The translations under genes were made by a program, and so were the position numbers. A stretch of DNA of 64,000 nt from Candidatus Woesearchaeota archaeon. GTDB lineage: Archaea > Nanobdellota > Nanobdellia > UBA10117 > ARS21. The stretch is taken from positions 42,338 to 106,337 of the forward strand of contig JAYPKL010000001.1 of the NCBI GenBank assembly GCA_038128845.1, given 5' to 3'. Of this stretch, positions 9,356 to 18,850 are shown piece by piece. The notes beneath the pieces were generated by a model. That model worked only from the letters and a program-made list of their open reading frames with translations, ran no database searches and was not told where the DNA came from. Every line of letters begins with the position of its first letter. Position 1 is the first letter of the stretch.

Positions 9356-11035
9356 ATGTTAAATAAGAGGGCAATCCGACTTTTAAATAAATATAAGAAT
9401 AATAATTCAAATATCAATAAAAAAGAGATTTTACAGAATAATTCTAACATAAAAATTGATGAAGAAGTTGAAACAAAACTAAAAGTAAAATTACCGCAAG
9501 ATCACATTTCACATAAGTCTGCAGAAGAAAATATATTGGAAGAATTAAGAAATGTTAATGAAAATTATCCTTTGATTACGGCAAATATAAATAATCAAAC
9601 TATAATTCTTGCAAGTGCCCATATTTATTTTGATGATGAAAATCAAACTCTGAAGTATAATGTAATTGAGCCAAAATTAAATGAATATATGCATGAGATT
9701 ATAAACAGAACAATTGAAGAATTACATGAGAATTTAGATTTAGAATTTGAAAATCTAAAAAATAAAGATGAAATTCAAAAATATTTACATAAAAAAATTG
9801 AAGATATATGGAATAAAATGAATTTACAACCATCGCCAGAAAATTCAATGATCTTGAAGTACTATACTGTGAGACAAGTTTCTGGATTGGAAATAATTGA
9901 TGCCATAATGCAAGATCCGAATATTGAAGATATATCTTGTGATGGGATAGGAATGCCTATTTTCATATTTCATAGAAATCCAGTTTATGGTGAAATGTCA
10001 ACCAATATTTCATTTAATTCTAAACAAGACTTAGATTCTTTTTGTATGAGACTTGCACAGAAGGCAAAAAGATCAATATCGGTTGCAAATCCGTTAATGG
10101 ATGGATCTTTAGAAGATGGATCAAGAGTACAAATTACTTATGGTACCGATATTTCCAGAAGAGGAAGTAATTTTACAATAAGAAAATTTTTCAAAAATCC
10201 CCTTAGTCCAATTGACTTAATGAAATTTGAAACAGTTGATGCAATAACTTTAGCTTACTTATGGTATGCAATTGAAATGGAAAAATCAATTCTAGTTGCA
10301 GGTTCAACTGCATCAGGTAAAACTACTTTCTTAAATTCAATTTCATTATTTATAAGGCCAAATGATAAAATTGTTTCAATTGAAGATACTTCTGAACTTC
10401 AAATACCTCGCGCTAATTGGATTCCTCAAGTAACTCGAACCGGTTTTGGTCCTGAAAAATATGGTGAAATCGATATGCACAATCTTCTAAAATCTTCTTT
10501 AAGACAAAGACCCGATTATTTAATTGTTGGAGAAGTTCGAGGTGTGGAAGCTGAAGTATTATTTCAGGCCATGGCTACAGGTCATCCGGGCTTATCTACA
10601 ATCCATGCAGACAATGTAGCGGCAGTAATAGATCGTTTGAGTACGCCTCCAATTCAATTGCCATTATCTGTACTTCAAAATTTGGATATTATTGTTTTCT
10701 TAGAAAAAATGAAGAAGGAAGGTAAATTTTTTAGAAAACTTAAGAAAGTAGTAGAAGTTGAAGGTTTTGATGCAAAGAATAAAGAACTAAAAATTAATGA
10801 TGCGATTGTATATGATCCAAAAACAAATCAATTAACTAAAAATGAAAGTTTTATTTTATCCACAATAGCTGAGTCAAATGCAAAAAATCATGAACATGTT
10901 CTGGATGAAATAATGAGAAGATCTAATATTTTGAAATGGATGTATGAAAAGGAGATTACTAGATTTGAGGAAGTTAACAAAATAATTACTACTTATTACG
11001 CCAATCCTGAATCAGTATTAAATATGATAAAATGA
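9356..11035 (+). CDS. type IV pilus/archaellum assembly ATPase (FlaI/PilB/TadA, VirB11-like family)
   Basis: Walker A VAGSTASGKTTFLNS, Walker B/Asp box DYLIVGEVRG, downstream His box TGHPG. 559 aa with an N-terminal extension typical of archaeal FlaI-like ATPases. Confidence 0.85.
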   Translation: MLNKRAIRLLNKYKNNNSNINKKEILQNNSNIKIDEEVETKLKVKLPQDHISHKSAEENILEELRNVNENYPLITANINNQTIILASAHIYFDDENQTLKYNVIEPKLNEYMHEIINRTIEELHENLDLEFENLKNKDEIQKYLHKKIEDIWNKMNLQPSPENSMILKYYTVRQVSGLEIIDAIMQDPNIEDISCDGIGMPIFIFHRNPVYGEMSTNISFNSKQDLDSFCMRLAQKAKRSISVANPLMDGSLEDGSRVQITYGTDISRRGSNFTIRKFFKNPLSPIDLMKFETVDAITLAYLWYAIEMEKSILVAGSTASGKTTFLNSISLFIRPNDKIVSIEDTSELQIPRANWIPQVTRTGFGPEKYGEIDMHNLLKSSLRQRPDYLIVGEVRGVEAEVLFQAMATGHPGLSTIHADNVAAVIDRLSTPPIQLPLSVLQNLDIIVFLEKMKKEGKFFRKLKKVVEVEGFDAKNKELKINDAIVYDPKTNQLTKNESFILSTIAESNAKNHEHVLDEIMRRSNILKWMYEKEITRFEEVNKIITTYYANPESVLNMIK

Positions 11036-11901
11036 ATTTATCAAATCGAGCAACTAGTTTATTTGGAAAATATGTAAATTCTGAAAATTTTTTATTTAAA
11101 AATTTGAAACAAAAATTAAAACAAGCTAAAATAAAATTACCCGTTGAAACATATGGTTCCATTATATTTTTAGTGCTATTTTCGTCATTTATAGTTTCTC
11201 TAATTTTTTTATTATTTCTTAGTATTTTAACTGTGGGTATTAATTTTTCAGCAATACTAATGAATTTTATTGTTGCAATTTTTGTAGGACTAATTTGCGG
11301 AACTTTTACGTATTTTTATCCTAATTTTATTATTAGTGAAAAGAAAGGAAAAATTGAAAATTCACTTGCATTTGTTTCAATTTATATGTCGACATTAACA
11401 AAGTCTGGTTTCCAACCTCAAAATATATTCAAAATGTTGAGCAAATTTGATGATTATCCTGCTGCAGCAAATGAAGCACGGAAAATTAATCATGAGGTAA
11501 ATAAATTGGGAATGGATTTACGTACATCAATCTCTAAAGCAATAGAAAGGTCTCCTTCTCCAGATTGGACGGAATTTTTATCGGGTATAAAAAATAGTAT
11601 TGAATCAGGCGGAAACTTAGATAAATATCTTGAAGAAAAAGCAAAAGGATATACGGGAGATTACAAACGAAAATTAGAATCTTTTGGAAAAACTTTAACT
11701 TTATTGATGAACTTATACATAACAGTAATAATTGTTGGTACAATTTTTTTCATAATAGTTTCTTCACTAATGGGTGCAGTCGGTGGTATCTCTGTGGGAA
11801 CTATAAAATTATTTCATTATATTACGGTATTTGGAGGTTTACCGCTTATAACAGCAATTCTAATAACTTTAGTTAAAAGTGCTTCGCCATGGTCAGAATA
11901 G
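11032..11901 (+). CDS. pilus platform membrane protein, N-terminal half (T2SS-F/TadB/FlaJ-like)
   Basis: 289 aa polytopic membrane protein immediately downstream of the ATPase and overlapping it (ATGA). Assigned by position and topology; it forms a split pair with the next ORF. Confidence 0.5.
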   Translation: MNLSNRATSLFGKYVNSENFLFKNLKQKLKQAKIKLPVETYGSIIFLVLFSSFIVSLIFLLFLSILTVGINFSAILMNFIVAIFVGLICGTFTYFYPNFIISEKKGKIENSLAFVSIYMSTLTKSGFQPQNIFKMLSKFDDYPAAANEARKINHEVNKLGMDLRTSISKAIERSPSPDWTEFLSGIKNSIESGGNLDKYLEEKAKGYTGDYKRKLESFGKTLTLLMNLYITVIIVGTIFFIIVSSLMGAVGGISVGTIKLFHYITVFGGLPLITAILITLVKSASPWSE

Positions 11902-13028
11902 AAGAACTAAAGAAACAAAAAAAATTATATTATACTCTACTGGCTCTGCCATTGCCTCTAATTTTGGGAGCTTTGGCTTTTGTATTTGGTGCATCTTCAA
12001 CATTTGCAATAGCTTTGATATCAATTGGGTTAATACTTGTTGTTCTTCCTTCAATGATTTTATCTTTTTTAGAATTTAGAGATATTAAATCTTCGGAAGA
12101 TAATTTTCCAAATTTTCTTGACGATTTGTCTCAATCTTCTTCTGCAGGGATGAATCTACCTCAGGCAATTTCGGTTGCAAGTAAAACTAGCTATGGTAAA
12201 TTGACTTCCCACATCAAACAATTGAATATATGGTTAACTTGGAACATGGCATTCCCGGCCGCATGGAAAAAATTTACAAAAAGATTGGATGCAAGTCCGC
12301 TTATAAGAAGAGTTAATGGTATAATTATTGAAGCGTTTAATGGAGGCGGAGACGTGAATAAAACTCTTGGATCTTTAGCTGCCGATGTTAATATAATAAA
12401 AGATATGGAGGCAGAAAGAAGATCAATAATGCAACAGCAAATAGTAATTATGTATATTATTTTCTTTGTATTTATTGGAGTAATCATCGCATTATACAAA
12501 ATTCTTTCTCCAATACTTTATGTTCAACAGATTGGTTCGTTTTCTGGAATTGGAATTCAAGGTTCTGGAACATTATCTATCGAATACTTTAGAAATTTAT
12601 TTTTTGTAATGACTTTAGTTGAGGCAGTTTGTGCAGGTCTAATTGCAGGTCAAATTGCGGAAGAAAAATTAGTTGCAGGAGTAAAACATATTGTAATAAT
12701 GACTGCAAGTACAATTTTAATTTTCTTTATTTTTGTATTTCCTACAACACTTTCCGTAGACATATCTGTTTATCCGAGTCAAACATTTACGGAAGGAAAA
12801 GTTACTTTTACAGGAAAAGCTTTTTCAGAGGGAGCTCCGGTAACGGGAGCAGATGTAACTATAATTGATTATGATAATACAATAATAAATTTATTTACGG
12901 ATAATGCAGGAGAATTTAGATATGTTTGGAACGCTCCTGAAGTACCGGGAAATTATACTGTCGGTTTAACAATTGAACATGAGGGGGAAGTTAAGAGCTT
13001 TAGACGAAGTATCTTTGTAGAAAATTGA
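11889..13028 (+). CDS. pilus platform membrane protein, C-terminal half (TadC/FlaJ-like) with C-terminal beta-sandwich extension
   Basis: 379 aa with multiple TM helices, then a soluble C-terminal ~90 aa (GKVTFTGKAF...VTGADVTIIDYDNTIINLFTDNAGEFRY...PGNYTV) resembling a carboxypeptidase-regulatory or Ig-like fold. Confidence 0.5.
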   Translation: MVRIEELKKQKKLYYTLLALPLPLILGALAFVFGASSTFAIALISIGLILVVLPSMILSFLEFRDIKSSEDNFPNFLDDLSQSSSAGMNLPQAISVASKTSYGKLTSHIKQLNIWLTWNMAFPAAWKKFTKRLDASPLIRRVNGIIIEAFNGGGDVNKTLGSLAADVNIIKDMEAERRSIMQQQIVIMYIIFFVFIGVIIALYKILSPILYVQQIGSFSGIGIQGSGTLSIEYFRNLFFVMTLVEAVCAGLIAGQIAEEKLVAGVKHIVIMTASTILIFFIFVFPTTLSVDISVYPSQTFTEGKVTFTGKAFSEGAPVTGADVTIIDYDNTIINLFTDNAGEFRYVWNAPEVPGNYTVGLTIEHEGEVKSFRRSIFVEN

Positions 13029-14080
13029 AAAAAGGGTATGCAGTAGGTGAATTTATTTTAGTATCATTTTTTTTTCTAATTTTAGTTGTTTTAATTATTA
13101 ACAGATTTACAGATTATACTTTGATTGAATTAAATAAATTTGAAGATTATCAAGAATGTGAAAATTCAATAAAAAATTTTGAGAAACTATTTGATGACGA
13201 ATTAGTAATGACTGCAAATTCAAATTTAAGTTCAATTATATCCAATTATACTTCTGAGGGAAATAACATCTCTATATTAAATTCCAATATTACTCAATTG
13301 GGATTTTCATCTGGGAAAAATAAACTAAATTATACCAGTTTAAATTTAATTTTTAATAATTTAAGAATATTTGATTGGAATGAATATGAAAATTCATATG
13401 ATAGTTTTTCAATAAATGTTGAACCGTATGCAGTTAATGTTGAATCTATTTATTCCGATGAGTCGAATATAACCGGATTCTATGGTGAAACTAGAGCGAA
13501 TATTTGGTTAAATGATTCGGTTACAAATTCGAACACAGTTCATTATACAATAGGATTAAGTGCATATGAAACTTCGGGCTACGATTCTATTTTTGAATTT
13601 GTTATTTTAATTCCAAATGCCACAGTATTGGGTTCATTAGATCCCGGATTGTCTAATTCTGGTTCTAATTCTCAATATCTGAAAATTAGTGGTTCAATTG
13701 AACCAAATACAAGCAGGGAAACAGTATATTTTTCATATTCTTCAGATACAACAAATTATATTGGATGGGGAGACGATTATGCAAACTATGGTTTAAATTA
13801 TGAAGAGATACAAAATATTACTAAAAAAAATAATCTAATTATTTTTGATAAAATAAAATTTTATGATCAAGAAACTAAAAAGGAATTAGACATAGTTTTT
13901 GGAAACAATACAAATTTAAATTTAAATTGGGGTCCGGAAAATGCAGAAGGTTGTAAATATAGTAGAATATATTTAATTGAAGATGATTCAAAAAGAATTA
14001 ATTACACAATAAACGGATTCGTTAAAGAAATAAATATTAATCCGAAAATTTATTCAAAGATTGAGGTTGTATCGAGATGA
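13025..14080 (+). CDS. minor pilin-like protein
   Basis: MKKG|YAVGEFILVSFFFLILVVLIINRF: KG leader, hydrophobic helix and Glu at about +6 as in type IV prepilins. N-x-S/T rich. Overlapping starts. Confidence 0.45.
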   Translation: MKKGYAVGEFILVSFFFLILVVLIINRFTDYTLIELNKFEDYQECENSIKNFEKLFDDELVMTANSNLSSIISNYTSEGNNISILNSNITQLGFSSGKNKLNYTSLNLIFNNLRIFDWNEYENSYDSFSINVEPYAVNVESIYSDESNITGFYGETRANIWLNDSVTNSNTVHYTIGLSAYETSGYDSIFEFVILIPNATVLGSLDPGLSNSGSNSQYLKISGSIEPNTSRETVYFSYSSDTTNYIGWGDDYANYGLNYEEIQNITKKNNLIIFDKIKFYDQETKKELDIVFGNNTNLNLNWGPENAEGCKYSRIYLIEDDSKRINYTINGFVKEININPKIYSKIEVVSR

Positions 14081-14463
14081 ATAAGAAAGGATATGTTTAT
14101 TTTATTGAAATTATTTTATCTTTAATATTTGTAGTTTTTTTATTTTTTTCTTTGAAACCGAGCACTGCGGAATACGAGTATGATGATAAATTTTCACAAG
14201 ATATTCTGTATATTTTATATTATCAAGATTTGATAAAATATGATCTTAATGATACTAATTCATTTGAGAGTTATGTAAATAATAGTATAGTCGGTCTTAT
14301 TGGATATACAAAAGATTTTGAAATTAATTATAATCTTGATGAAACTTCTTTTAGTGGTAACTCGAATAAAGTAAATAGTGATTTATCCAATGGATATATT
14401 CATTCTAAAAATTTGAATAATAATTGGTATACAATAAACCTGTATACTTGGAGTAAATTATGA
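14077..14463 (+). CDS. minor pilin-like protein
   Basis: MNKKG|YVYFIEIILSLIFVVFLFFSL N-terminus. 128 aa. Confidence 0.45.
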   Translation: MNKKGYVYFIEIILSLIFVVFLFFSLKPSTAEYEYDDKFSQDILYILYYQDLIKYDLNDTNSFESYVNNSIVGLIGYTKDFEINYNLDETSFSGNSNKVNSDLSNGYIHSKNLNNNWYTINLYTWSKL

Positions 14464-15089
14464 GAGGTCAATTTTTCTTAATAGGCATAATTGTTACTGC
14501 AGTAATATTATTGCTATCTCTAAATGTTTTATCCTCGAATGAAAAAATATTTTTATCAGACGATAAGGAAAAGTATTTTGATAATTTTAACTTTGCATAT
14601 GAATATTCGATTCCAGGAAATTGGGAATATTTTGATGAAGCGTATCGCAGCACAATTGGAATATGTATAAATCCGTCCAATCAAAGTATGACAAATTGGT
14701 GGAATACTTCTATTAAGTTAAATAGCGAAAATGATTGTGTTTTTACCTCAGAAAACTATCATGTGACGCAGGGTAATGAGTGTACTTTATTTATCAATGC
14801 ATCAAACTTATCTTCTTATTTAGATTCAGATACTAATTGTGGTAATTTTATTTTCTATTACAATTCGACTTCGGGTATTGAAGAAAGTAATGCGTCACAA
14901 GGAACAACTGGATTGAATATATCTTTGGTTTCAGAAGAATCAATTACTAATTCGCCTATAAATTCTTCAATAAATATAACTAAATTTTACTTAGAAAAAA
15001 ATATTCTGGTAGATGAGACTGCTTATTCTTCTGGTACATACACTATAAATTATAGTTCTGAAAACTTAGATTTTGAAGGAACAATTTAG
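14460..15089 (+). CDS. minor pilin-like protein
   Basis: MRG|QFFLIGIIVTAVILLLSLNVL N-terminus. 209 aa, many N-glycosylation sequons. Last gene of the operon. Confidence 0.45.
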   Translation: MRGQFFLIGIIVTAVILLLSLNVLSSNEKIFLSDDKEKYFDNFNFAYEYSIPGNWEYFDEAYRSTIGICINPSNQSMTNWWNTSIKLNSENDCVFTSENYHVTQGNECTLFINASNLSSYLDSDTNCGNFIFYYNSTSGIEESNASQGTTGLNISLVSEESITNSPINSSINITKFYLEKNILVDETAYSSGTYTINYSSENLDFEGTI

Positions 15090-15117
15090 TTATAAATGTA
15101 ATTAAATAAACAAATTT

Positions 15118-17226
15118 ATGTTAGTTTCAAGTATAAAAGATAAACTTCCTGAAAAGTTTTTCAAAACAATTGAATTTGAAGAATTTAGACCTTCTCAAAG
15201 CAAAGCAATAGATAGGGGACTTTTGGAAAGTAAAAATATGTTAATATGTTCTCCGACTGCTTCGGGTAAAACTTTTGTTGCAGAACTAGCCGGAATTAAA
15301 AGTATAATTGAAACTGGTGGTAAAATGATTTATATTGTTCCGCTTAAATCTCTTGCAACTGAAAAAGCAGAAGAATTCAAAAAGTATGAAGAAATTGGAA
15401 TTAAAACGGCAGTTTCAATAGGAGATCCAGAATCAAAAGATCCGTGGTTGGCAAATGCAGATATAATCGTATGTACTAGTGAAAAATTCGATTCATTATT
15501 AAGACATAATATTTCTTGGTTAAATAAAATTAAAGTAGCAGTATTTGATGAAATTCATTTAATAAACGATTCAAATAGGGGACCAACATTAGAAGTTATA
15601 ATAACTTTGTTGAAAACTTTGTTAAATAAAATTCAAATTATTGGACTTTCAGCAACAATTGGAAATCCAAAAGAACTTTCAGATTGGTTAGAGGGCGAAT
15701 TAATTCAAGATTCTTGGCGTCCAGTAAAACTTATTCAAGGAATTTATGCAGATGAAGAAATAAACTTTGAAAAAAAAGTAATACCTGTTGAAAAAATAAA
15801 AAATGATGCAACTTTATCTTTGGCATTAGATACAATAAATTTGGGTAAACAAGCACTAATATTCTGTCCAACAAAAAAATCTGCTCAATCAACTGCCAAA
15901 AAAATTTCAAATTTAATAAAATCTGAACTAAATAAAGACTTATCTTCTAAAATTAAATCTGCCGCAGGAGTTCCCACAATGCAATGTGAAGAACTTGGTG
16001 ATTGCGTAAGCAAAGGTATTGCATTTCATCATTCAGGTCTTTTATCAAAACAAAAAAAAATTGTTGAAGAAAATTTCAAAAATAATATAATAAAAATAAT
16101 TTGCTGTACGCCAACTCTTGCGATGGGAGTTAATCTTCCTGCATTTAGAGTTATTATGAAGAGTCTAAAAAGATATGGAAAAAGAGGAATGGATTGGATA
16201 CCCGTATTAGAATATCATCAAATGACGGGTAGAGCAGGAAGACCAAAATTTAATGATTCTCACGGAGAGGCAATTTCAATAGCAAAAGATAATTCTGAAT
16301 TTGATTACATAAATGAATCATATTTAAGAGGAAGTGCAGAAGATTTAACTTCAAAATTGGGAGTTGAACCGATACTAAGATCGGTTATATTGAGCTTAGT
16401 TGCATCAGGATTTGTTATAAAAGAAGAAAAATTAATTGAATTTTTTAGTAATACATTTTATGGTTCTCAATTTGGTAATGACTTTGGTTTTAAAATTAAA
16501 ATATTATCAGCATTATCTGATCTTGAAAAATTTAAATTTCTTAAAAGAACGGAAACATCTATAATTCCAACAGTGGTGGGAAAAAGAGTTTCTGAATTAT
16601 ATATTTATCCTGATGCTGCTTTTGAAATAATTAATAATTTTGAAAAGATGTCTAATATTTTTGAAGATTTACCTTTCTTACATTCAATAAGTTCAAATTT
16701 AGAAATGAGTCCGTGGTTATCTTTACAAAAAAAAGATTATGAATATATCGATATCTCTTTATCTGAAATTGAAGACAAATTAATAAATCCAATTCCATAT
16801 CAATGGGATTATGAATATGATGAATTTTTAAGAAAAACAAAAACTTGTTTTGTATTGAATGAATGGATAAATGAGAGTAATGAAAAAGAAATATTTGAAA
16901 ACTATAATGTTGCACCTGGATTGATGAGAGATATTTCTAATAAATGTGAATGGTTACTTTATGGTGCTGCTGAATTGGCCAAGGTGACTGGAAATTTAGA
17001 TAAAGTTAGCGATATAACTAAACTAAAAATAAGAATTAAAAATGGAATAAAATCTGAATTACTGCCGTTAATTAGATTGAAAGGTATTGGAAGAGTGAGG
17101 GCAAGAAGATTATTTGGATCGGGATTAAAATCTTTACAAAATTTAAAATCTGCAAATATAGAATTGCTTTCTGATATTCTCGGTGAAAAAACTGCAATAT
17201 CTGTTAAGAAACAATTGAATTTATAA
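15118..17226 (+). CDS. hel308: Hel308/Hjm-type Ski2-like DNA helicase
   Basis: Motif I SPTASGKT, motif II DEIH, motif IV HHSGL, and a C-terminal winged-helix/HhH region. 702 aa. Confidence 0.8.
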   Translation: MLVSSIKDKLPEKFFKTIEFEEFRPSQSKAIDRGLLESKNMLICSPTASGKTFVAELAGIKSIIETGGKMIYIVPLKSLATEKAEEFKKYEEIGIKTAVSIGDPESKDPWLANADIIVCTSEKFDSLLRHNISWLNKIKVAVFDEIHLINDSNRGPTLEVIITLLKTLLNKIQIIGLSATIGNPKELSDWLEGELIQDSWRPVKLIQGIYADEEINFEKKVIPVEKIKNDATLSLALDTINLGKQALIFCPTKKSAQSTAKKISNLIKSELNKDLSSKIKSAAGVPTMQCEELGDCVSKGIAFHHSGLLSKQKKIVEENFKNNIIKIICCTPTLAMGVNLPAFRVIMKSLKRYGKRGMDWIPVLEYHQMTGRAGRPKFNDSHGEAISIAKDNSEFDYINESYLRGSAEDLTSKLGVEPILRSVILSLVASGFVIKEEKLIEFFSNTFYGSQFGNDFGFKIKILSALSDLEKFKFLKRTETSIIPTVVGKRVSELYIYPDAAFEIINNFEKMSNIFEDLPFLHSISSNLEMSPWLSLQKKDYEYIDISLSEIEDKLINPIPYQWDYEYDEFLRKTKTCFVLNEWINESNEKEIFENYNVAPGLMRDISNKCEWLLYGAAELAKVTGNLDKVSDITKLKIRIKNGIKSELLPLIRLKGIGRVRARRLFGSGLKSLQNLKSANIELLSDILGEKTAISVKKQLNL

Positions 17227-17958
17227 ATTTCTTGAAAAAATTAAAAAAGCAGTATGACCGATTTGTTGGGATTTCGGTCGAGATATTTTTCCATCGAAAG
17301 TCCAAGGTCTTTCGGATATTTCGATGATTCTTTCGATCAATATATTATTTTTGTCTGCAAATGTTTTAAATTCTTGAATTTGAGAAACTTGCGGAAGATA
17401 GCAAATAATGTGTCCGCCAATCTTAACATTATTTTTTAATGTTTTAATTTTCCAAGGTTCTGCTAAATCTAAAATAATTGCATCAAAATTCTTTTCAGAA
17501 ATATTTTCATAAACGTCACCCAATTTACTTTTTATATTTTTAAGATTTAAAGATTTAAAATTTGTATTTGAAATATTATAATTTTGTTCAGATTTATCAT
17601 AAGTAACAACTTTACCTTTTGGTCCAACAACTTTAGAAAGAAAAGATGCCATCCATCCTGACCCGGTGCCTGCGTCAATTACTTTTGAACCAGAACCGAT
17701 ACCGGAATAAGAAATTATTGTACCTGCGTCTTTTGGTAAAATTATTTGAGGTCCTCTTTTTGATTTTTTAAGTAAATCAAAAAAATTTGGTTCAATTACT
17801 GTAAAGAGAGTTCCTCTAGATGATTCAATTTTATCTCCGAATTTTTTAATTTTTGATAAATCAACATTGCCTTCTTTAATGTGAAATAACTCTTTCTTAT
17901 AATTTGTTAAATATCTTGAATTTTCTGAAATTAATAATATTTTAGTATTTTTTTTCAT
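17221..17958 (-). CDS. trmI: tRNA (adenine-N1)-methyltransferase TrmI (Gcd14 family)
   Basis: IILPKDAGTIIS...VIDAGTGSGWMASFLSKVVGPKGKVVTYDKSEQ matches the TrmI pattern (IIYPKD..., GTGSG, VGPxGKVxTYE) on a SAM-dependent methyltransferase fold. Confidence 0.75.
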   Translation of the reverse strand: MKKNTKILLISENSRYLTNYKKELFHIKEGNVDLSKIKKFGDKIESSRGTLFTVIEPNFFDLLKKSKRGPQIILPKDAGTIISYSGIGSGSKVIDAGTGSGWMASFLSKVVGPKGKVVTYDKSEQNYNISNTNFKSLNLKNIKSKLGDVYENISEKNFDAIILDLAEPWKIKTLKNNVKIGGHIICYLPQVSQIQEFKTFADKNNILIERIIEISERPWTFDGKISRPKSQQIGHTAFLIFSRNL

Positions 17959-18034
17959 ATATTGAGATCAAAAACGCTATTATAAATCTATTGAAGTGGT
18001 TAGGTTTTAAAGTATTACTTACTCTAAATTTATT

Positions 18035-18850
18035 ATGAATATAAAAAAGATTTATACAAAAAATTGGAAAAAATTGATGATTATACCAATTATATTCTTT
18101 TTATTATCTTGTGGAATTTTATATAATAATTATCAGGAAACTGGAGAATACATAAACAAAGATGTTTCTTTGAAAGGCGGTTATCTTATTACAATTAAAA
18201 CAGATTCTCAAATATCTGATGAATATAATTCAAGAGAATTAGTCGCAGTTGGTTCTGGAAAAAGATTAGGATATACAGTAGAATATGGCGGAAATGAAAT
18301 TGATAATTTTATAACCAAATTGTCTTCTGAATTGAATTCCAATCAATACAGTATCGAAGAATTATCTCCTTCTATTGCAAATAGATTCTGGGAAGGAACA
18401 ATTAAAGCAATATCTATTGCAATACTTGCGATGTCTGGAGTTATGTTGTTGTATTTCAGAAGGTTTGTTCCGGCATTTGGAATTATTATTTCAGGTATAT
18501 CAAACATTGTTAATACTTTGGCAGTACTGACTTTACTCGGAATAAATTTATCTTCTTCGGGTATTGCAGCATTATTAATGTTATTAGGTTACTCCATTGA
18601 TTCAAATATTGTGCTGACTTCAAGAGTATTAAAAAATAAACATCAAAAACTAGAGGATAGAATCTTTTCAGCATTTGAAACAGGTATGACAATGACAATT
18701 ACCTCAATTGTTGCATTAACAATTTTATATTTAACAAGTTCTGCTGAGATTCTTAAAGTCATATCAGTTACATTAATAGTAGGTTTATTATTTGATATGG
18801 TTAATACTTGGATACAAAATGCAGGAATTTTGAGGTATAGTCTGAAATGA
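18035..18850 (+). CDS. secF: protein-export membrane protein SecF
   Basis: 271 aa. One N-terminal TM, a periplasmic domain, then a 5-TM bundle. Sits directly upstream of SecD with a 4-bp overlap. Confidence 0.7.
   Translation: MNIKKIYTKNWKKLMIIPIIFFLLSCGILYNNYQETGEYINKDVSLKGGYLITIKTDSQISDEYNSRELVAVGSGKRLGYTVEYGGNEIDNFITKLSSELNSNQYSIEELSPSIANRFWEGTIKAISIAILAMSGVMLLYFRRFVPAFGIIISGISNIVNTLAVLTLLGINLSSSGIAALLMLLGYSIDSNIVLTSRVLKNKHQKLEDRIFSAFETGMTMTITSIVALTILYLTSSAEILKVISVTLIVGLLFDMVNTWIQNAGILRYSLK

Noticed and set aside
17254-17439. 61-aa plus-strand ORF inside trmI
   Set aside because: Antisense to a motif-supported methyltransferase CDS.
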